From Longimicrobiales bacterium (GTDB taxonomy: Bacteria > Gemmatimonadota > Gemmatimonadetes > Longimicrobiales > Gaopeijiaceae), in NCBI GenBank assembly GCA_965238005.1, contig OZ250165.1:3648001-3712000 (forward strand): 64,000 bases of DNA. Direction: 5' to 3'. The notes below the pieces were generated by a model. It was not told where the DNA came from and searched no databases. It saw only the letters and a list, made by a program, of their open reading frames with translations. A program made the position numbers and the translations under genes. Position 1 is the first letter of the stretch. Every line of letters starts with the position of its first letter. This document shows, in pieces, positions 60,424-64,000 of the stretch.

Positions 60424-61339
60424 AGGGGGCGCCGCCCTCCACGGACTCGATGGCCAGGTGGGCCGCCCCCCGGGCGACGTCCACTACGCGGTCACGTGTC
60501 TGGCAGAGCAGACCCCCTATGGCCGTCGACACGCGCTGCCGTAGCGGCCCGTCCTCATCGATGAGCCCACCGGCTAGCGCCACCGCAGGACGCCCGGGCC
60601 AGGGGCCCAGGCGCTTCACCACGGCAAGGACATGAGCCACCAGATCCTCCACGACGTTCTCCACCATGATCCCCGCCACGTCGTCGCCGGCCTCGGCCTG
60701 GTCGCACACGATGGGGACCAGAGCAGCGACGTCCGCCTTGCTGGCCATGGCGATCCAGGCGATCAGGTCTTCTGGACGGTCCGCACCGAGCTTCGCGAGG
60801 ATCGGATCGCGGAGTCCCGTCTTCATGCTGCGGCCGTCCTCTCCCCGCACCACCGCCCGAAGAGCCGCCATGCCCATGGCGTAGCCGCTTCCCTCGTCAC
60901 CGAGTAGAACTCCCCAGCCCCCGATACGGACCGTGGACCCATCGACTCCTCGGCCCAGGGCGATGGAGCCCGTCCCGGAGATGAGGAGGATCCCCGGCTC
61001 CGATCCGAATGCGTCGTGGAACGCGGCCCTGGCGTCTCTGCCGACGTGGACGGTCTCGGCGATGCCCGCCTCCTGAAGCGCCTCCTGGACCACGCTCCGG
61101 GCCGGATCGTTCCCCGCCCCGGCGATGCCGGCCCAAAGGACTTTTGCCGGAAACGTTGCACCCGCATCACCCACGGCTTGGCGACATACGTGGGTGATCA
61201 CGCCGATGGTGGCTCGCGGGTTCGCCTGATCGATCAGGGCTGGCGGTCCCTCGGCCCGAGCCAGCTCCTGGCCCTCTGCGTCCATGACCACGGCCCGGGT
61301 CCGGGTGCCTCCTCCGTCCACACCGACGAAGAAGCTCAT
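60383..61339 (-). CDS. BadF/BadG-family N-acetylglucosamine/MurNAc kinase
   Basis: GVDGGGTRT, ISGTGS, GGWG..GDEGSG. Confidence 0.87.
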   Translation of the reverse strand: MSFFVGVDGGGTRTRAVVMDAEGQELARAEGPPALIDQANPRATIGVITHVCRQAVGDAGATFPAKVLWAGIAGAGNDPARSVVQEALQEAGIAETVHVGRDARAAFHDAFGSEPGILLISGTGSIALGRGVDGSTVRIGGWGVLLGDEGSGYAMGMAALRAVVRGEDGRSMKTGLRDPILAKLGADRPEDLIAWIAMASKADVAALVPIVCDQAEAGDDVAGIMVENVVEDLVAHVLAVVKRLGPWPGRPAVALAGGLIDEDGPLRQRVSTAIGGLLCQTRDRVVDVARGAAHLAIESVEGGAPFSGERPPGPWRHP

Positions 61340-62796
61340 ACGGCTTCGGGGGTAGGAGAATCGGCGGGACGCCCGCCACCCAGCGTCCAGCCCACCACCA
61401 CCGTCACCGCCGTGCCGATGGGGACGAACCAGGGCCAGGCCACGACAGTGCGAGCGAAAAGCCAGATAGACGTGACCACGGCGATCCCGGCGATCATCCC
61501 GAGGATGACGCTCCGCTGGTCGGCGCGGCTCGACCGAACCGACAGAACGAACGCTCCGAGGAGACCGCCGTATACCATGGACGCGACGGCCAGCGCCACC
61601 TCCACCGCAGTGGTTCCCTCGCTGAGGGGGATGAAGAGCACGGCTCCACCGATGAGCAGTGCGGCCCAAACGAGCGTGAAGAGCTTCCCTGCCCGGAGGA
61701 TGCGGGCCTCGTCATCCACGGCGCCGACCAGGGGCGCCCAGAAGTCGTATGCCGTGGCCGACGCCAACGAGTTGATGGATGAGGACAGCGACGACATGGC
61801 CGCGGCGAACACTCCGGCGATGAGCAGTCCCGTTATCCCGGCGGGGAGCACGTTCACCACGAAGCTGGCGAAGATCTCGTCTCCCCGACTGAACTCCTGA
61901 CCGCCGTAATACGCCCACAGGCCGAGTCCCACCAGAAGGAAGATGGCGAACTGGATCATGACGACCACGCCACTCCCCACGAGCGCCCTCTGGCTGGAGT
62001 CCAGGTCCCGGCAGGTGAGAAGGCGCTGGACGATGAGCTGATCGGTGCCGTGGGACGCCATTGTGAGGAAGCCTCCGCCCAGGACGCCGGCCCAGAGCGT
62101 GTACGGGATGGCGAAGTCGAGGGACAGGTCGAAGACGGCCATCTTGCCAGCTTCACGCGCGCTGGCGAAGATGCCGGCCCATCCGCCCGGGACGAGCTCC
62201 TGGAGGGCCACCATGGCCACCAGCGCTCCCAGCAAATAGAGGCCCATCTGGAATGCGTCCACCCAGATCACCGCCTTGATCCCCCCGAAGTACGTGTAGA
62301 CCACCGTCATCACACCGATGACGGCTATGGACACGGGATAATCCCAGCCGGTGACCAGGGCCAGAGGGATGGCCGTGGCGAAGAGCCTCACCGAGTCGGC
62401 CAGGAGACGGGTGATCATGAAGACTGCCGAGGCGAAGCGGCGGGCCCGCTGGCCGAAACGGGCCTCGAGGAGCTCGTACGCCGTGCTCAGCTCCCCCCGG
62501 TAGTAGGACGGTAGCAGGAACGCCGATACCACCACCCTCCCCGCGAGATATCCGAAGGTGAGCTGCAGGAAGCCCAGGGTTCCCAGGTAGGACACGCCGG
62601 GAATGCTGAGGAAGGTGAGGGTGCTGGTCTCCGTGGCGACGACCGAAAGCATGACGGCCACCCACGGTAGCTCCCTGTTCCCCAGGAAGTAATCGCGGCC
62701 GCCGGTCTGCCCCCGCCCCAGCCACGCGCCCCAGGCGGTGATCCCGACGAGGTAGACCAGGAGTACGGAGAGATCGAGAGACGTGAAGTCGCTCAC
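61336..62796 (-). CDS. Sodium:solute symporter (SSS)
   Basis: YFLGNR, ATETSTLTF, GGIKAVIW, DQLIVQR, AAAMSS. Confidence 0.92.
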   Translation of the reverse strand: MSDFTSLDLSVLLVYLVGITAWGAWLGRGQTGGRDYFLGNRELPWVAVMLSVVATETSTLTFLSIPGVSYLGTLGFLQLTFGYLAGRVVVSAFLLPSYYRGELSTAYELLEARFGQRARRFASAVFMITRLLADSVRLFATAIPLALVTGWDYPVSIAVIGVMTVVYTYFGGIKAVIWVDAFQMGLYLLGALVAMVALQELVPGGWAGIFASAREAGKMAVFDLSLDFAIPYTLWAGVLGGGFLTMASHGTDQLIVQRLLTCRDLDSSQRALVGSGVVVMIQFAIFLLVGLGLWAYYGGQEFSRGDEIFASFVVNVLPAGITGLLIAGVFAAAMSSLSSSINSLASATAYDFWAPLVGAVDDEARILRAGKLFTLVWAALLIGGAVLFIPLSEGTTAVEVALAVASMVYGGLLGAFVLSVRSSRADQRSVILGMIAGIAVVTSIWLFARTVVAWPWFVPIGTAVTVVVGWTLGGGRPADSPTPEAV

Positions 62797-62826
62797 CGAC
62801 CGGCGCTCCCGCGGAGTCCAGTCGAC

Positions 62827-64000
62827 CTATGGCTCACGTCGCCTGACGTCCCGGTCTGTGATCGCCAGGGCCGCGGCGTCGTGCACCGCTCGTCGGAGCG
62901 GAACGTGCTTCGAGTTGTCCCGCGTCGGGTTCACCCGGTTGGTCAGCAGCACGACGAACAGGTCGAGCTCGGTGTCGATCCAGATGGATGTCCCCGTGAA
63001 CCCGGTGTGCCCGAAGGCGCTGGAGGTGAAGTAGTCCCCGGCCGAGGATCGCCCGCTGGGGGTGTCCCAGCCCAGCGCGCGACTGGCCGAGGCGTCATGG
63101 CGCTCAGTGAAGAGTCGCAAGGTGGCCTCGGAGACGAAACGCACGTCCCCGGAGGCGTCGGGGGCGCAGATCATGCCGTCTCCAGCGGCGGGCGCGTCTC
63201 CCCGCTCGCAGCCCTCGATACGGCCCCCGTTCAGGAGGGCCTGCGCCAGGACCGACAGGTCGGACGCCGTGGAGAAGAGGCCTGCGTGGCCGGCCACCCC
63301 CCCGATGGCGTACGCGTTCTCGTCGTGGACCACGCCGTGCACGTGGACGTCCCTGAAGATCGTGTCCACCTCGGTGGGCGCGATCCGTCCTCGCAGCTCG
63401 GATCCGGGACGGAACCCCGTGTCTGCCATTCCCAAGGGGTCCCACACCTGCTCCTCGAGGAAAGCGTCGAGGCTCAGGCCGGTCACCTCCTCGATAATGA
63501 ACGCCACCGTCATGGACCCGATGTCGGAGTAGACGGTGCGTTCTCCCGGCGTGTACTCGAGCGGGAGATCGCCGATGGCGTCCTCGTAGGCGCTCCGCCC
63601 CTCCATCTCCAGATAGAAGCGACGGAAGGGGGGCAGGCCTGCACGGTGGAGCAGGAGGTGTCGGACAGTGACGCCGGCCTTGGACGGGTCTCCTCTGCCC
63701 CACCACGGAAGATAGTCCACTACGGCCGCATCCAGATCGAGCCGGCCTTCGTCCACCAGGATCATGGCCGCGGTGGTCGTGCCTACCACCTTGGTGAGAG
63801 AGGCCAGATCGTAGATCGAGCTCGCGTTGGCGGGTCCGGCCGACGCGTCCCAATCCAGCCGGCCGTAGCCCCGGAGCCGGATCAGCTTTCCGCCGCGCCC
63901 TACGGCCACCACCACGCCGGGCGTCGCTCCGTCGCGGATGGCCTCGGTCACCAGGTAATCCAGGGCCCGGAGACGCCGGGAGCTCATCCCGGCGGAACCG
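62827..64000 (-). CDS. Beta-lactamase-family serine hydrolase (AmiE/NamZ-cluster type), probably begins outside the window
   Basis: ASLTK (SxxK), YSD, GVVHDENA, GHAGLFS, GHTGFTG. Confidence 0.85.
   Translation of the reverse strand, partial: GSAGMSSRRLRALDYLVTEAIRDGATPGVVVAVGRGGKLIRLRGYGRLDWDASAGPANASSIYDLASLTKVVGTTTAAMILVDEGRLDLDAAVVDYLPWWGRGDPSKAGVTVRHLLLHRAGLPPFRRFYLEMEGRSAYEDAIGDLPLEYTPGERTVYSDIGSMTVAFIIEEVTGLSLDAFLEEQVWDPLGMADTGFRPGSELRGRIAPTEVDTIFRDVHVHGVVHDENAYAIGGVAGHAGLFSTASDLSVLAQALLNGGRIEGCERGDAPAAGDGMICAPDASGDVRFVSEATLRLFTERHDASASRALGWDTPSGRSSAGDYFTSSAFGHTGFTGTSIWIDTELDLFVVLLTNRVNPTRDNSKHVPLRRAVHDAAALAITDRDVRRREP

Overview
GC-rich bacterial chromosome segment, probably Gemmatimonadota. 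This is an inference from the ADOP-type permease remnants, a Ser/Thr-kinase motif remnant, the NHL/ThuA/PVC-type cargo and the gene order. Left part (1-14.4 kb): small exported metal-binding proteins and a divergent catabolic cluster (TRAP transporter, serine/alanine-glyoxylate-type aminotransferase, enoyl-CoA hydratase, CoA-transferase, FAD/Fe-S oxidoreductase), plus a 2OG-Fe(II) oxygenase. Middle (14.4-32.8 kb): two tandem decayed genomic islands, delimited by an intact tRNA-Lys(UUU) and two degenerate copies of its 3' half. They carry exported enzymes and many remnants (ABC permease, probable group II intron fragment, IS110 transposase, kinase, ZIP transporter), but no integrase. Directly beyond the tRNA (33-37.4 kb) is the most interesting locus: a four-gene Cys-rich operon (ArsM-like SAM methyltransferase with an in-frame TAG, radical SAM enzyme, atypical metallophosphoesterase, flavin oxidoreductase) that looks like an uncharacterised organoarsenical pathway. 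Two large surface lipoproteins follow. The rest is core genes: rnhB-rplS-trmD-rimM-rpsP (with a very long acidic repeat tail)-ffh-purA, a patatin/POTRA protein, a DHDPS-like aldolase, pilT, trpS, suhB, hsp20, asd-lysC-dapB-dapA-dapD, and a putative peptidoglycan/amino-sugar recycling cluster. All product calls come from motif recognition by eye; no searches were run.
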